This document shows positions 51,253 to 60,753 of a stretch of DNA of 64,000 bases, one piece after another. Under the pieces are notes generated by a model, which was not told the DNA's origin, did not search any database, and worked only from the letters and a program-made list of their open reading frames with translations. Position 1 is the first letter of the stretch. Each line of letters opens with the position of its first letter. This stretch comes from an uncultured virus (IMG/VR IMGVR_UViG_3300008266_010073) (taxonomy: Duplodnaviria > Heunggongvirae > Uroviricota > Caudoviricetes): IMG/VR virus record IMGVR_UViG_3300008266_010073. One strand, 5' to 3'. The position numbers and the translations under genes were made by a program.

Positions 51253-51639
51253 TTGAAAACACAATTACTTTGCACATTTGCACATCGAGGCGATTTAAAT
51301 ATAATCACCGAATACATACAAACAAATTACGAAATTCCAGAACACCGAATATTTGTGTTTTCTAATGCCGACGTAACTGATAATTTATATTGCACTTACA
51401 ATGCATTTGATTCCGGCCGCAGAGGGCAAAACACAATAAGTATACATCGCAAAAAAGAAACCAATACATTGTATACAGTTAATGCTCTTAATGAAGTGAT
51501 ACGTGCAGTAAATAATGGAGTTTTAGATAAAACATATCAATTGGATTGGTCTAGATATCAAAATTCATTCATACTTACGGATGATGCTGGATATCGAATT
51601 ATCAATTTAATGTTCTTTAAGAAAGTTACTTGGAGTTGA
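51253..51639 (+). CDS. Hypothetical protein
   Basis: TTG start with AAGGA SD; HRKKETNTLYTVNALN motif. Confidence 0.65.
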   Translation: MKTQLLCTFAHRGDLNIITEYIQTNYEIPEHRIFVFSNADVTDNLYCTYNAFDSGRRGQNTISIHRKKETNTLYTVNALNEVIRAVNNGVLDKTYQLDWSRYQNSFILTDDAGYRIINLMFFKKVTWS

Positions 51640-51660
51640 TATTTATATTATATAAGGAAC

Positions 51661-51981
51661 ATGATGAAAAAATTAAAAGATTTATTAGCTGAAAATATGC
51701 ATCGATTTGGTACTAAAAACATCAATGAGCTTGATACATATGTAGCCAATGCAACTGGTCCATTAAATCAAAAAGAGATTGAAATATACGATCATATTTT
51801 AAATGCTTTAGAAACTTGTATACCAAATACTCCGGCAGATGTTATTGATGATTTTACGGATGAATACAATAAAAATTTTTATTTAAAAGAATTCAAACAA
51901 ATTATACAAACCATACAAAAACTTGCTGATCATATTGAACAAGATATGTCTAATCAGGATTCGCTGTACAGTGAATCTTGA
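51661..51981 (+). CDS. Small acidic late protein with shared N-terminal leader
   Basis: LLAENMHRFGTKNINE; late motif 51638-51647. Confidence 0.7.
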   Translation: MMKKLKDLLAENMHRFGTKNINELDTYVANATGPLNQKEIEIYDHILNALETCIPNTPADVIDDFTDEYNKNFYLKEFKQIIQTIQKLADHIEQDMSNQDSLYSES

Positions 51982-52009
51982 ATCAAGCTAGATAATTAAA
52001 AATACTATT

Positions 52010-52510
52010 ATGATGAAAAAAAATATCTTAGCAGAAAATATGCGTAGATTCAAAACTAAGAATCTTAACGAAGCTGATTTAAGTGATCTAGAAAATAAAT
52101 TAGGATTTGACAGCGGAGCTAATCGAGATCCACGTACTGGTAACTTAATGGTAGATCCTAAAAATTTAAAGATCATGATAAACAGAGCTGATTATGATAC
52201 TAATATATCTGGTATCGTTAGCATGACATTTCAAGGTTCTCAATTAGCCGATAAAAATACATTCCAAGATATCATTGATGATATCAAACAAGATATTGAA
52301 AGTCAAAACGACCCAACCGGAGCATATGATCAAACTCGTTTAGTATCAGATATTGAATTTGATTGTGAATTGAAAGCCGGCTCGGATAAAATTAATTTTA
52401 CAGCTGTATTTGAAGAAGATGGTGATTTGAAAAGTGTAGACATTCAAGATGAAGCTATTGCACAGAAATATGGTATAACTGTCGAAACAATATACGACTT
52501 TTTATTTTAA
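52010..52510 (+). CDS. Acidic late protein with shared N-terminal leader
   Basis: ILAENMRRFKTKNLNE. Confidence 0.7.
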   Translation: MMKKNILAENMRRFKTKNLNEADLSDLENKLGFDSGANRDPRTGNLMVDPKNLKIMINRADYDTNISGIVSMTFQGSQLADKNTFQDIIDDIKQDIESQNDPTGAYDQTRLVSDIEFDCELKAGSDKINFTAVFEEDGDLKSVDIQDEAIAQKYGITVETIYDFLF

Positions 52511-52605
52511 AAAAAACTTAACTAATTATTTTGATTTAACGATTTAATTACTTATATTGTAATTAATATTTTATATTTTATTAACCAATTAAAAGGAGTT
52601 AACTA

Positions 52606-53379
52606 ATGGCTTTAAATTTAGATGCTATTAAAGCAAAGCTGAATCAGTTGAACAAAGCTGATGACAAAAAACAAAATTTGTGGAAACCTGAAGCAGGTAA
52701 GACACGTATCCGCATTGTACCGTATGTACATCGCAAAGACAATCCATTTCTAGAATTGTATTTTCATTACGACATTGGTAAAAAATCCATGTTGTCACCA
52801 ATTACATTTGGAAATGCTGATCCAATCGTAGAGTTTTCAGACAAACTAAAAAAGACTGGCGATAAAGATGAATGGATCATGGGTCGTAAAATCGAACCTA
52901 AAATGAGAACTTATGTTCCGGTTATTATTCGTGGTAAAGAAGCAGAAGGAGTTAAATTCTGGGGTTTTGGAAAAACAATTTACACAGAACTTCTTTCAAT
53001 TATTTCTGATCCTGATTATGGTGATATTACGGATTTGATGAATGGTCGTGATATTGATGTAGAATTTGTTCCCGCAGAAGGAGGAGCATATCCTAAGACT
53101 ACGATTCGTGTTAAGCCAAATACACAACCAGCAACTGAAGACAAAGCAATTGCTGAAAAAATCATGAATCAACCAGAAATTACTGATTTATTTCCTGAGC
53201 CAACTTATGAAGAATTGGAATATGCATTGCAAGAATGGATGAATCCAGAAAATGCTGATTCTGATGTAGCTGCAGATGAAGAAGAAGTAAAAGCAGAACC
53301 AGCACCAGCAAAGGCATCAAAGCCAGTAGCAGGTAAAGTTGACGATGTTGCTTCAGCATTCAATGATCTTTTCAATTAA
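52606..53379 (+). CDS. Single-stranded DNA-binding protein (gp32-like)
   Basis: LWKP..G..RIRIVP, VKFWGFGKTIY, DITDLMNGRD, acidic tail ending FNDLFN; upstream of recA. Confidence 0.85.
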   Translation: MALNLDAIKAKLNQLNKADDKKQNLWKPEAGKTRIRIVPYVHRKDNPFLELYFHYDIGKKSMLSPITFGNADPIVEFSDKLKKTGDKDEWIMGRKIEPKMRTYVPVIIRGKEAEGVKFWGFGKTIYTELLSIISDPDYGDITDLMNGRDIDVEFVPAEGGAYPKTTIRVKPNTQPATEDKAIAEKIMNQPEITDLFPEPTYEELEYALQEWMNPENADSDVAADEEEVKAEPAPAKASKPVAGKVDDVASAFNDLFN

Positions 53380-53389
53380 GGAGTTATAG

Positions 53390-54553
53390 ATGGCAAAGAG
53401 TAAAAGCAAACTAGAACTGGAAGATTCGTTAGCAAATACATTAGCAGAAAGTATCAACAAGCAATTTAAAGGACAAGCTCTTAAAACAGCTTTCTTTCTA
53501 GAAGGCGATGCAGATTCACCAAGCAATGTATCAGAATGGATTTCATCTGGTTGCGATATGCTCGATTTGGCAATTTCAAACCGACCGAACGGAGGATTCC
53601 CAGTAGGTCGGATAACTGAAGTTACCGGATTAGAAGCATCCGGAAAATCATTGCTTGTATCACACGTAGCTGCTGAAACACAAAAGAAAGGCGGGTTAGC
53701 AGTTTATATTGATACAGAAGCGGCATCAAGTGCTGAATTTATGTCGGCAATTGGAATTGATTTAAAATCAATGCTTTATGTTCCATTGGAAACAGTTGAA
53801 GAAATATTCGAAACCATTGAAACAATTGTTGAACAAGTACGTAAGTCAGACAAAGATCGTTTAGTTACAATCATTGTAGATTCAATAATGGGTGCATCAA
53901 CAAAAATTGAAATGGCGGCTGAATATGACAAAGATGGTTATGCTACAAGTAAATCAATCATTCTATCCAAAGCAATGCGTAAAGTAACCAATTGGATTGC
54001 ACGTGAGAGAATTTGTTTGATTATGACTAATCAGCTTCGTACCAAATTAGGTGTATCATTTGGAGATGCATGGACTACATCGGGTGGTAAAGCAATTCCA
54101 TTTCACGCATCGGTTAGATTGCGTCTTAAAAATACCGGAATGATCAAAGCAAAAATTGATGGCGTTGATCAAGTAGTCGGAAGCAAGACAGAAGTGCAAG
54201 TTGTTAAGAATCGTATGGGACCACCACATCGCAAAATTAATTACGATATCTATTATGATTCAGGTATTGATAATTACGGCGGTTGGTTGGAAACTATGAA
54301 GAAATATAGTTTAGTTAAACAATCTGGAGCACATTATACATTGGATGATGTTGATATTGAAACCGGAGAAACATTTGGCGAAATTAAATTTCAATCAAAG
54401 ACTTTTGTTGAAAAGATAATTAATCAACTAGAAATAAAAAATCGATTGTATCAAAGAATTTGCGATGCTTACATTTTTAAATATCAAGCAGGTATTGATG
54501 GGGGTATTGACGATGTAATAATCGATGAATCAGTTATAGATGAAGAAGGCTAA
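53390..54553 (+). CDS. recA: RecA/UvsX recombinase
   Basis: GFPVGRITEVTGLEASGKS, YIDTE, IIVDS, TNQLR, GGKAIPFHASVRL, KNRMGPP. Confidence 0.95.
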   Translation: MAKSKSKLELEDSLANTLAESINKQFKGQALKTAFFLEGDADSPSNVSEWISSGCDMLDLAISNRPNGGFPVGRITEVTGLEASGKSLLVSHVAAETQKKGGLAVYIDTEAASSAEFMSAIGIDLKSMLYVPLETVEEIFETIETIVEQVRKSDKDRLVTIIVDSIMGASTKIEMAAEYDKDGYATSKSIILSKAMRKVTNWIARERICLIMTNQLRTKLGVSFGDAWTTSGGKAIPFHASVRLRLKNTGMIKAKIDGVDQVVGSKTEVQVVKNRMGPPHRKINYDIYYDSGIDNYGGWLETMKKYSLVKQSGAHYTLDDVDIETGETFGEIKFQSKTFVEKIINQLEIKNRLYQRICDAYIFKYQAGIDGGIDDVIIDESVIDEEG

Positions 54554-55617
54554 TGAATAAGTATCAACAGCTATTCAAAAAGTTACAAGAAGAAAAAGTA
54601 AACGGTCCGTCAGATGTCAATGATCATATCATGGTATTTGACGGATTGAATACTTTTATCAGAGCTTTTGGAGCAACTCCGTCCACAAATGAAGATGGAG
54701 ATCACATTGGAGGAATTACAGGATTCCTTTTTTCTATTGGTAAAGCAGTACGAGATTTTCGTCCTAGTAGATGCGTTATTGTGTTTGATGGCAGAGGTGG
54801 TAGTGCTCGTCGTAGAAAAATACATGGCGATTACAAAGCAAATCGAGCCAATAAAACTAGATTGCGTAGACATGATCATCAACAATTTGCTTCTATTGAA
54901 GATGAACAAGAAGCAATGCGCTGGCAATTTAGTAGATTGGTATCATATCTAGATAATTTACCAGTTACCTTTTTAGCAATCGATGGAATTGAAGCAGACG
55001 ATACAATTGCTTATATTGCACAAATGTATAAAGACATTAGCAAAAAAATAACTATAGTATCTACGGATCGAGATTTTTATCAATTGGTTGATAACAAGTT
55101 GCAAGTTTGGTCACCTATCAAAAAGAAAATGTATGATGAAGCTGCAATTTTAGAAGAGTTTGGGGTACATCCCAATAACTATGTAGTTTATAGAACATTT
55201 ACTGGTGATGCTTCGGATAATATTTCCGGGGTAGATGGTATTGGACCTAAAACCATATTAAAGACATTTCCAGAATTAGCAGATCCTACGGAATTTACTT
55301 TGGATGATTTGCAACAAAAATGCAATGATAAACGCATTCTTAAGGAAGGTAAAATGTATCAAAAAGTTTTAGATAACTACGATACCGTTGAAACTAATTA
55401 TCGATTAATGAATATCAAATTGTTGAATATTCCTGCGCAGAATTGTAGCACAATCCGAGGAATTATGAATCAATCTATTCCTATGCTTAATCGACAAGAA
55501 TTTCAACGCTTGTTTATGGAAGATAAAATGTGGAATGCAATGAAGAATCTTCCAGACTGGTTGACAAATACTTGGCTATCTTTAAGTGCCTTCGCTCAAC
55601 AAACACATAAAAAATAA
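54553..55617 (+). CDS. 5'-3' exonuclease / flap endonuclease (T4 RNase H / Pol I N-domain-like)
   Basis: FDGLN, VFDG, YKANR, EADD, STDRDFYQL, GDASDNISGVDGIGPKT. Confidence 0.93.
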   Translation: MNKYQQLFKKLQEEKVNGPSDVNDHIMVFDGLNTFIRAFGATPSTNEDGDHIGGITGFLFSIGKAVRDFRPSRCVIVFDGRGGSARRRKIHGDYKANRANKTRLRRHDHQQFASIEDEQEAMRWQFSRLVSYLDNLPVTFLAIDGIEADDTIAYIAQMYKDISKKITIVSTDRDFYQLVDNKLQVWSPIKKKMYDEAAILEEFGVHPNNYVVYRTFTGDASDNISGVDGIGPKTILKTFPELADPTEFTLDDLQQKCNDKRILKEGKMYQKVLDNYDTVETNYRLMNIKLLNIPAQNCSTIRGIMNQSIPMLNRQEFQRLFMEDKMWNAMKNLPDWLTNTWLSLSAFAQQTHKK

Positions 55618-55618
55618 T

Positions 55619-55647
55619 TTGGATAAAACATTTCTTTTTAATATTAT
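55619..55647 (+). promoter_or_regulatory. Putative early/middle promoter TTGnnn-N16/17-TAT(A/T)(T/A)T, representative copy
   Basis: Copies with -10 boxes at 34, 17723, 37413, 48656, 52553, 55642, 59197, all upstream of genes with no recognised structural role. Confidence 0.7.
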
Positions 55648-55653
55648 TGTTAC

Positions 55654-57021
55654 ATGACAGATAAATTAAGTGAATATGGATGGGGCTTTCAAGTAAAAGT
55701 TATTGCCGCTATGTTTACTGACAGAATGTTTTTACAACAAATTGCAGACATCATCCGGCCTGACTATTTTGAATCAGATGCCAATTGTTGGTTGTTAGAA
55801 ACAGTATTAGAACATTTTCGACAATACAAAGCACCGCCTACAAAAGATGTATTGAAAGTAAAATTAACAGAATTAAGTGATTCTGGCCCAGAAGCTATTT
55901 TGAAAGCTGCAATATTAGAACAGCTCAAAGACGTATTTCGATACATGGAGTCAGATGATTTGACATTTGTTAAAGATGAAATATTAAACTTTTGCAAAAA
56001 TCAAGAAATCAAACGAGCTATTATGGATTCGGTAAATTTACTTCAACGAGGTAATTACGATGAAATAAAAAGCAAAATTGATACGGCTATGAAAGCTGGT
56101 GCTGATACCAATATTGGGTTAGAATATAAATCTAATATATCAGCACGATATGCAGAAGCATCACGACACACTATAACTACGGGTTGGGATGTTATTGATG
56201 ACTTAATGGATGGTGGATTAGCGCCAGGCGAATTGGGTGTAGTAATGGCACCTGCAGGTATCGGTAAATCTTGGATGCTTATTAATATAGGTGCTAATGC
56301 AGTAAGAGCCGGCCATTGTGTTATACATTATACATTGGAGCTCAATGAAAACTATGTAGGACAACGCTATGATTCGGTATTAACAGGAATTAATGCACAG
56401 ACATTGAAGCATCATCAAGATACCGTTGAAGAAAAAATGAAAACTCTGTCAGGAGATTTGATTGTAAAGTATTTCCCAACTAAATCGGTTGGAGTAATGG
56501 GACTTAAAGCTCATTTAGAAAAAACAATTATGCTAGGAAATAAACCTGCATTAGTAATTGTGGATTACGGTGATTTGTTGAAAATCAATGCAAAAAAGGA
56601 CAAACACGAAGCATTAGAAGAACTTTACGAGGAGTTACGAGGAATGGCAGGGGAATATGATATTCCAGTATGGACTGCGTCTCAAGCAGGAAGAAGCGCC
56701 TTAGAAGAAGATGTTATTGAAGCAGATAAGATTGCATCATCATATGGAAAAGTGATGGTTGCTGACTTTTTAATGTCATTGTCCCGTAAAGTAGAAGATA
56801 AAATGTCAGGTACCGGTAGAGGTCACGTTATTAAGAATCGTTTTGGTCCAGATGGTATTACATTACCAAGTAAAATCAATACCAATAACGGACAATTTCA
56901 ATTCTTTGAACCGCAGACTACACAGGGTAAACAAACTACTCAAACAATGAAATCTGGTGAAAACATTATGAAGAAAAATTTAGCACAAAAGTTCAAAGAT
57001 TTAGGTGGAACTTTAGGGTAA
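55654..57021 (+). CDS. Replicative DnaB-family helicase (gp41-like)
   Basis: APAGIGKS, YTLEL, IVDYGDLL, WTASQ, KNRFG. Confidence 0.93.
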   Translation: MTDKLSEYGWGFQVKVIAAMFTDRMFLQQIADIIRPDYFESDANCWLLETVLEHFRQYKAPPTKDVLKVKLTELSDSGPEAILKAAILEQLKDVFRYMESDDLTFVKDEILNFCKNQEIKRAIMDSVNLLQRGNYDEIKSKIDTAMKAGADTNIGLEYKSNISARYAEASRHTITTGWDVIDDLMDGGLAPGELGVVMAPAGIGKSWMLINIGANAVRAGHCVIHYTLELNENYVGQRYDSVLTGINAQTLKHHQDTVEEKMKTLSGDLIVKYFPTKSVGVMGLKAHLEKTIMLGNKPALVIVDYGDLLKINAKKDKHEALEELYEELRGMAGEYDIPVWTASQAGRSALEEDVIEADKIASSYGKVMVADFLMSLSRKVEDKMSGTGRGHVIKNRFGPDGITLPSKINTNNGQFQFFEPQTTQGKQTTQTMKSGENIMKKNLAQKFKDLGGTLG

Positions 57022-57041
57022 ACCGATATTTATATTAGATT

Positions 57042-57072
57042 GGGTTCGGGTAGAAATATCCGACCTTTTTTT
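57042..57072 (+). terminator. Intrinsic terminator-like hairpin after helicase
   Basis: GG(T)TCGGGTA-GAAA-TATCCGACC + T7. Confidence 0.75.
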
Positions 57073-57117
57073 ATCTAAAAACAATTTATATTTTTATTAA
57101 CAAGGAGATTACAAACA

Positions 57118-58974
57118 ATGGAGATTTCAAACAAAATTTTGAGTGAAATTACGGTGTATATGAAATACGCCAAATACATTCCCGAACTCAATCGTCGAGA
57201 AACATGGGAAGAATTAGTTACAAGAAACATGAATATGCACATCAAAAAATATCCAAAATTAGAATCGGAAATTAAAGATGCATACAAATTCGTGTATGAT
57301 AAAAAAGTATTACCTTCAATGCGCAGTTTGCAATTTGGCGGAAAACCAATTGAAATCTCCCCTAACCGAATTTATAACTGTGCTTATTTGCCAATTGACG
57401 ATTTTCGAGCGTTTGGTGAAGCAATGTTTTTGCTACTAGGAGGTACAGGTGTTGGATATTCCGTTCAAACACATCATGTAGAAAAATTGCCAGAAATTCG
57501 CAAACCAAATCCAAAACGTACTCGCAGATATCTTATAGCAGATTCAATTGAAGGATGGGCAGATGCAGTAAAGGCACTAGTTAAATCTTATTTTGAGGGT
57601 GGATCTACTTTTACGTTTGACTTTTCGGATATTCGTGCTAAAGGTGCAAGATTAGTTACTTCGGGAGGAAAAGCACCAGGCCCACAACCATTGAAAGAAT
57701 GTTTAATCAAGTTACAAGGAATTTTAGATGCAAAAGAAGATGGAGAAAAATTATCAGCAATTGAAGTGCATGATATGGTATGTCATATCGCAGATGCAGT
57801 ATTGGCAGGTGGCATTCGCAGAGCAGCTCTTATTAGTTTGTTCAGTGCCGATGATGAGGATATGATTGCATGTAAGTCTGGTGCATGGTGGGAACATAAT
57901 CCACAACGCGGACGTGCAAACAATTCAGCAACATTAATGCGTCATAAATTGACAAAAGAATTCTTTATGGATTTGTGGAAACGAGTTGAATTGTCAGGAG
58001 CAGGCGAACCAGGTATTTATTTAACAAATGATAAAGATTGGGGGACTAATCCATGTTGCGAAATTGCTCTTCGTCCATTCCAATTCTGTAACTTGTGTGA
58101 AGTAAATGCATCAGATATTGAATCACAGGAAGATTTAGAAGCACGTGTTAAAGCAGCAGCATTTATTGGAACGCTTCAAGCAGGATACACTGACTTTCAT
58201 TACCTTCGTCCAATTTGGAAACGTACAACTGAAAAAGATGCTCTTATTGGGGTATCAATGACAGGTATTGGTTCTGGAGTTGTATTAGGTTATGATATGA
58301 AAGCAGCAGCAAAGGCAGTTAAAGAAGAAAATGAACGAGTAGCTGCATTGATCGGAATTAATCGCTCAGCTCGTACAACCACAGTAAAACCTGCAGGTAC
58401 TACATCATTGGCATTAGGAACTTCATCGGGTATTCATGCATGGCACAATGATTATTATATCCGTAGAATCCGTGTTGGAAAAAATGAAGCAATTTATTCT
58501 TATTTGGCAATTAATCACCCAGAACTAATTGAAGATGAATATTTTCGTCCACATGATACTGCAGTAATTTCTATTCCGCAAAAGGCGCCAGATGGAGCTA
58601 TCATGAGAACGGAATCACCTTTTCAATTATTGGATCGTATCAAAAAGGTGCACTTAGAATGGGTTAAACCAGGTCATAGAAGCGGAAATAATACTCACAA
58701 TGTATCTGCAACAGTTTCACTTAAAGCAGATGAGTGGGAATTGGCAGGAGAATGGATGTGGAACAATAGAGATCATTATAACGGCTTATCTGTATTACCA
58801 TATGACGGTGGTACCTATACTCAAGCACCATTTGAAGATTGCAGCAAAGAAACATATGAAACAATGATGAAATCTCTGCACAACATTGATTTGAGTCAAG
58901 TAATTGAATTAGATGACAATACAGATCTGTCAGGTGAATTAGCTTGTGCCGGCGGAGCGTGTGAGATAAAATAA
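57118..58974 (+). CDS. nrdJ: Ribonucleotide reductase, class II (AdoCbl-dependent, NrdJ-type)
   Basis: LPSMRSLQ, NCA, GGTGVG, RRAALI, TNPCCEI, VKPAGTTS, C-terminal CAGGAC; no beta-subunit gene adjacent. Confidence 0.85.
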   Translation: MEISNKILSEITVYMKYAKYIPELNRRETWEELVTRNMNMHIKKYPKLESEIKDAYKFVYDKKVLPSMRSLQFGGKPIEISPNRIYNCAYLPIDDFRAFGEAMFLLLGGTGVGYSVQTHHVEKLPEIRKPNPKRTRRYLIADSIEGWADAVKALVKSYFEGGSTFTFDFSDIRAKGARLVTSGGKAPGPQPLKECLIKLQGILDAKEDGEKLSAIEVHDMVCHIADAVLAGGIRRAALISLFSADDEDMIACKSGAWWEHNPQRGRANNSATLMRHKLTKEFFMDLWKRVELSGAGEPGIYLTNDKDWGTNPCCEIALRPFQFCNLCEVNASDIESQEDLEARVKAAAFIGTLQAGYTDFHYLRPIWKRTTEKDALIGVSMTGIGSGVVLGYDMKAAAKAVKEENERVAALIGINRSARTTTVKPAGTTSLALGTSSGIHAWHNDYYIRRIRVGKNEAIYSYLAINHPELIEDEYFRPHDTAVISIPQKAPDGAIMRTESPFQLLDRIKKVHLEWVKPGHRSGNNTHNVSATVSLKADEWELAGEWMWNNRDHYNGLSVLPYDGGTYTQAPFEDCSKETYETMMKSLHNIDLSQVIELDDNTDLSGELACAGGACEIK

Positions 58975-59189
58975 TGATGGTACCTACTCAATATGATTGG
59001 ATATATCAGCTGTATGTGAGGGAGTTTGGAAACAAGCTCCTTCCTACAGACTTTTATTATGAAAATGGATATCGAGTAATGACTGAATCATATCATAAAA
59101 GAAGAGGCTCATGTTGTGGCAATGGTTGTAGACACTGTCCTTTTGATCCAGCGCATAAAAAAGGCGAAAAAACTTTGAAAGCCCAATAA
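58974..59189 (+). CDS. Small Cys-rich protein (DUF5522-like)
   Basis: RGSCCGNGCRHCPF. Confidence 0.7.
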   Translation: MMVPTQYDWIYQLYVREFGNKLLPTDFYYENGYRVMTESYHKRRGSCCGNGCRHCPFDPAHKKGEKTLKAQ

Positions 59190-59220
59190 ATTATTCTATA
59201 TTATAATTAAGAATTAAGTT

Positions 59221-59922
59221 ATGACAACAAAACAAAGAACAAATTTAGAGTTAGTGCATCCTGGTTTTGCTAACGGTGTTTCTATGCAATTAGCAGTTAA
59301 GCAAACATTAGAAGGTCCTGATGCTAGACTAACTGCAGAAGAAAAACAAGAAATTATTGATAAAGCTGCATATCATTACGGACAATTTTTAACAGCATTA
59401 GGAGTAACATGGGAAACGGATCCAAATTCAGCTGATACTCCACGTAGAGTAGCAAAGGCATATGTAAATGATTTATGGGCCGGCCGATATAATCCAATGT
59501 CAGACATTACAGCATTTCCTAGTGACGGATATGATGGTATTGTATTTGAAGGAGGTATTCCATTAACTTCAATGTGTAGTCATCATCATCAGACAATTAT
59601 GGGTAATGTACATGTTGCATATATTCCAGGTGAGAATAGCAATGTTATTGGTTTGAGTAAATTGAATCGTGTAGTAGAACACTTTGGCAGACGAGGTGCA
59701 ATTCAAGAACAATTGACAGTAGCAATACATCACGCAATAGATGAATTAATTGAAAACAATAAAGGTGTTGCAATCATGATTGAAGCAACGCATAATTGTG
59801 TGCAATGCAGAGGTGTTAAGCATGGCGGAGCTTCAATGAAGACAGCAAAGCTATCCGGAGCATTCTTAGAAGATGGTAATGCAAGATCAGAATTTTATCA
59901 ATTTGTAAAAGGTTATAATTAA
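59221..59922 (+). CDS. folE: GTP cyclohydrolase I
   Basis: DTPRRVAK, SMCSHH, GLSKLNR, QEQLT, HNCVQCRGV. Confidence 0.95.
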   Translation: MTTKQRTNLELVHPGFANGVSMQLAVKQTLEGPDARLTAEEKQEIIDKAAYHYGQFLTALGVTWETDPNSADTPRRVAKAYVNDLWAGRYNPMSDITAFPSDGYDGIVFEGGIPLTSMCSHHHQTIMGNVHVAYIPGENSNVIGLSKLNRVVEHFGRRGAIQEQLTVAIHHAIDELIENNKGVAIMIEATHNCVQCRGVKHGGASMKTAKLSGAFLEDGNARSEFYQFVKGYN

Positions 59923-60398
59923 TGGCACGTTACATTTCAACAAAACTATTTGAAAACTATTCAGTAGCAATACGTCAATGGAAAGCTCAACATTCTCATT
60001 GTCAACTGCTACATGGATATGCACTTAAATTTAAAGTATGGTTTGCATCTAACGAACCAGATATTGAGAATCAACTTGATGATATGAATTGGATTGTTGA
60101 TTATGGAGGTTTCAAGACACCACCAAAAGGCAATGGTCTTAAAGATTGGATGGATCATATGTGGGATCATACTACACTTATTCAAGCAGATGATCCTTAT
60201 AGAGATATGTTTGAAATGCTTCAAGTATCTGGATTAGCAAAAGTACATTTTCTAGAAAAGATGGGTGCTGAATCGTGTGCTAAACTAGTATATGATAAAT
60301 TCAATGAAGTTTTAGCAAATACAGATGCTGGCAGATGTCGATGTATCAAAGTAGAATGTTTTGAAAACGATAATAATTCAAGTATATATGAAGAATAA
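59922..60398 (+). CDS. queD: 6-carboxy-tetrahydropterin synthase
   Basis: HCQLLHGY, WIVDYG, WDHT, GAE, ECFE motifs; between folE and queE. Confidence 0.9.
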   Translation: MARYISTKLFENYSVAIRQWKAQHSHCQLLHGYALKFKVWFASNEPDIENQLDDMNWIVDYGGFKTPPKGNGLKDWMDHMWDHTTLIQADDPYRDMFEMLQVSGLAKVHFLEKMGAESCAKLVYDKFNEVLANTDAGRCRCIKVECFENDNNSSIYEE

Positions 60399-60753
60399 TA
60401 ATGAGACATATCTATCGCTTTTTGAATATTTAGGTAAAGGATCTGGAGGTACCAATATTGGTCGAGAAGTAACAGCAGAAGCTATTAAACGAGGCGTTGA
60501 GATTAAATGGAGAATGTTACCGAAAGAAGCTCAGAAACCGGAATATACTCAAGTGCAATTGTATCCTATATCATTTTTAGATGATTATTTTGCTAATATG
60601 TCGGAAATGGATTTAACTCCAATTGTAAGGCGTTCTGAATTAATTAAATTGCAGGAACGATTGCAATTGCTTGAGTCTTTATTTCAAAACGTAATTAACA
60701 ACTTGAATATATCAACAAATAAAATAGAAGATGACGATGACCTCCCATTCTAA
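60388..60753 (+). CDS. Hypothetical protein ending in acidic DDDDLPF tail
   Basis: Start at ATG 60388; overlaps both queD and queE ends. Confidence 0.65.
   Translation: MKNNNETYLSLFEYLGKGSGGTNIGREVTAEAIKRGVEIKWRMLPKEAQKPEYTQVQLYPISFLDDYFANMSEMDLTPIVRRSELIKLQERLQLLESLFQNVINNLNISTNKIEDDDDLPF

Noticed and set aside
11629..58974. Inteins or introns in terL, recA, helicase, nrdJ
   Set aside because: Lengths are normal and motifs contiguous; no intein splice-junction blocks noticed
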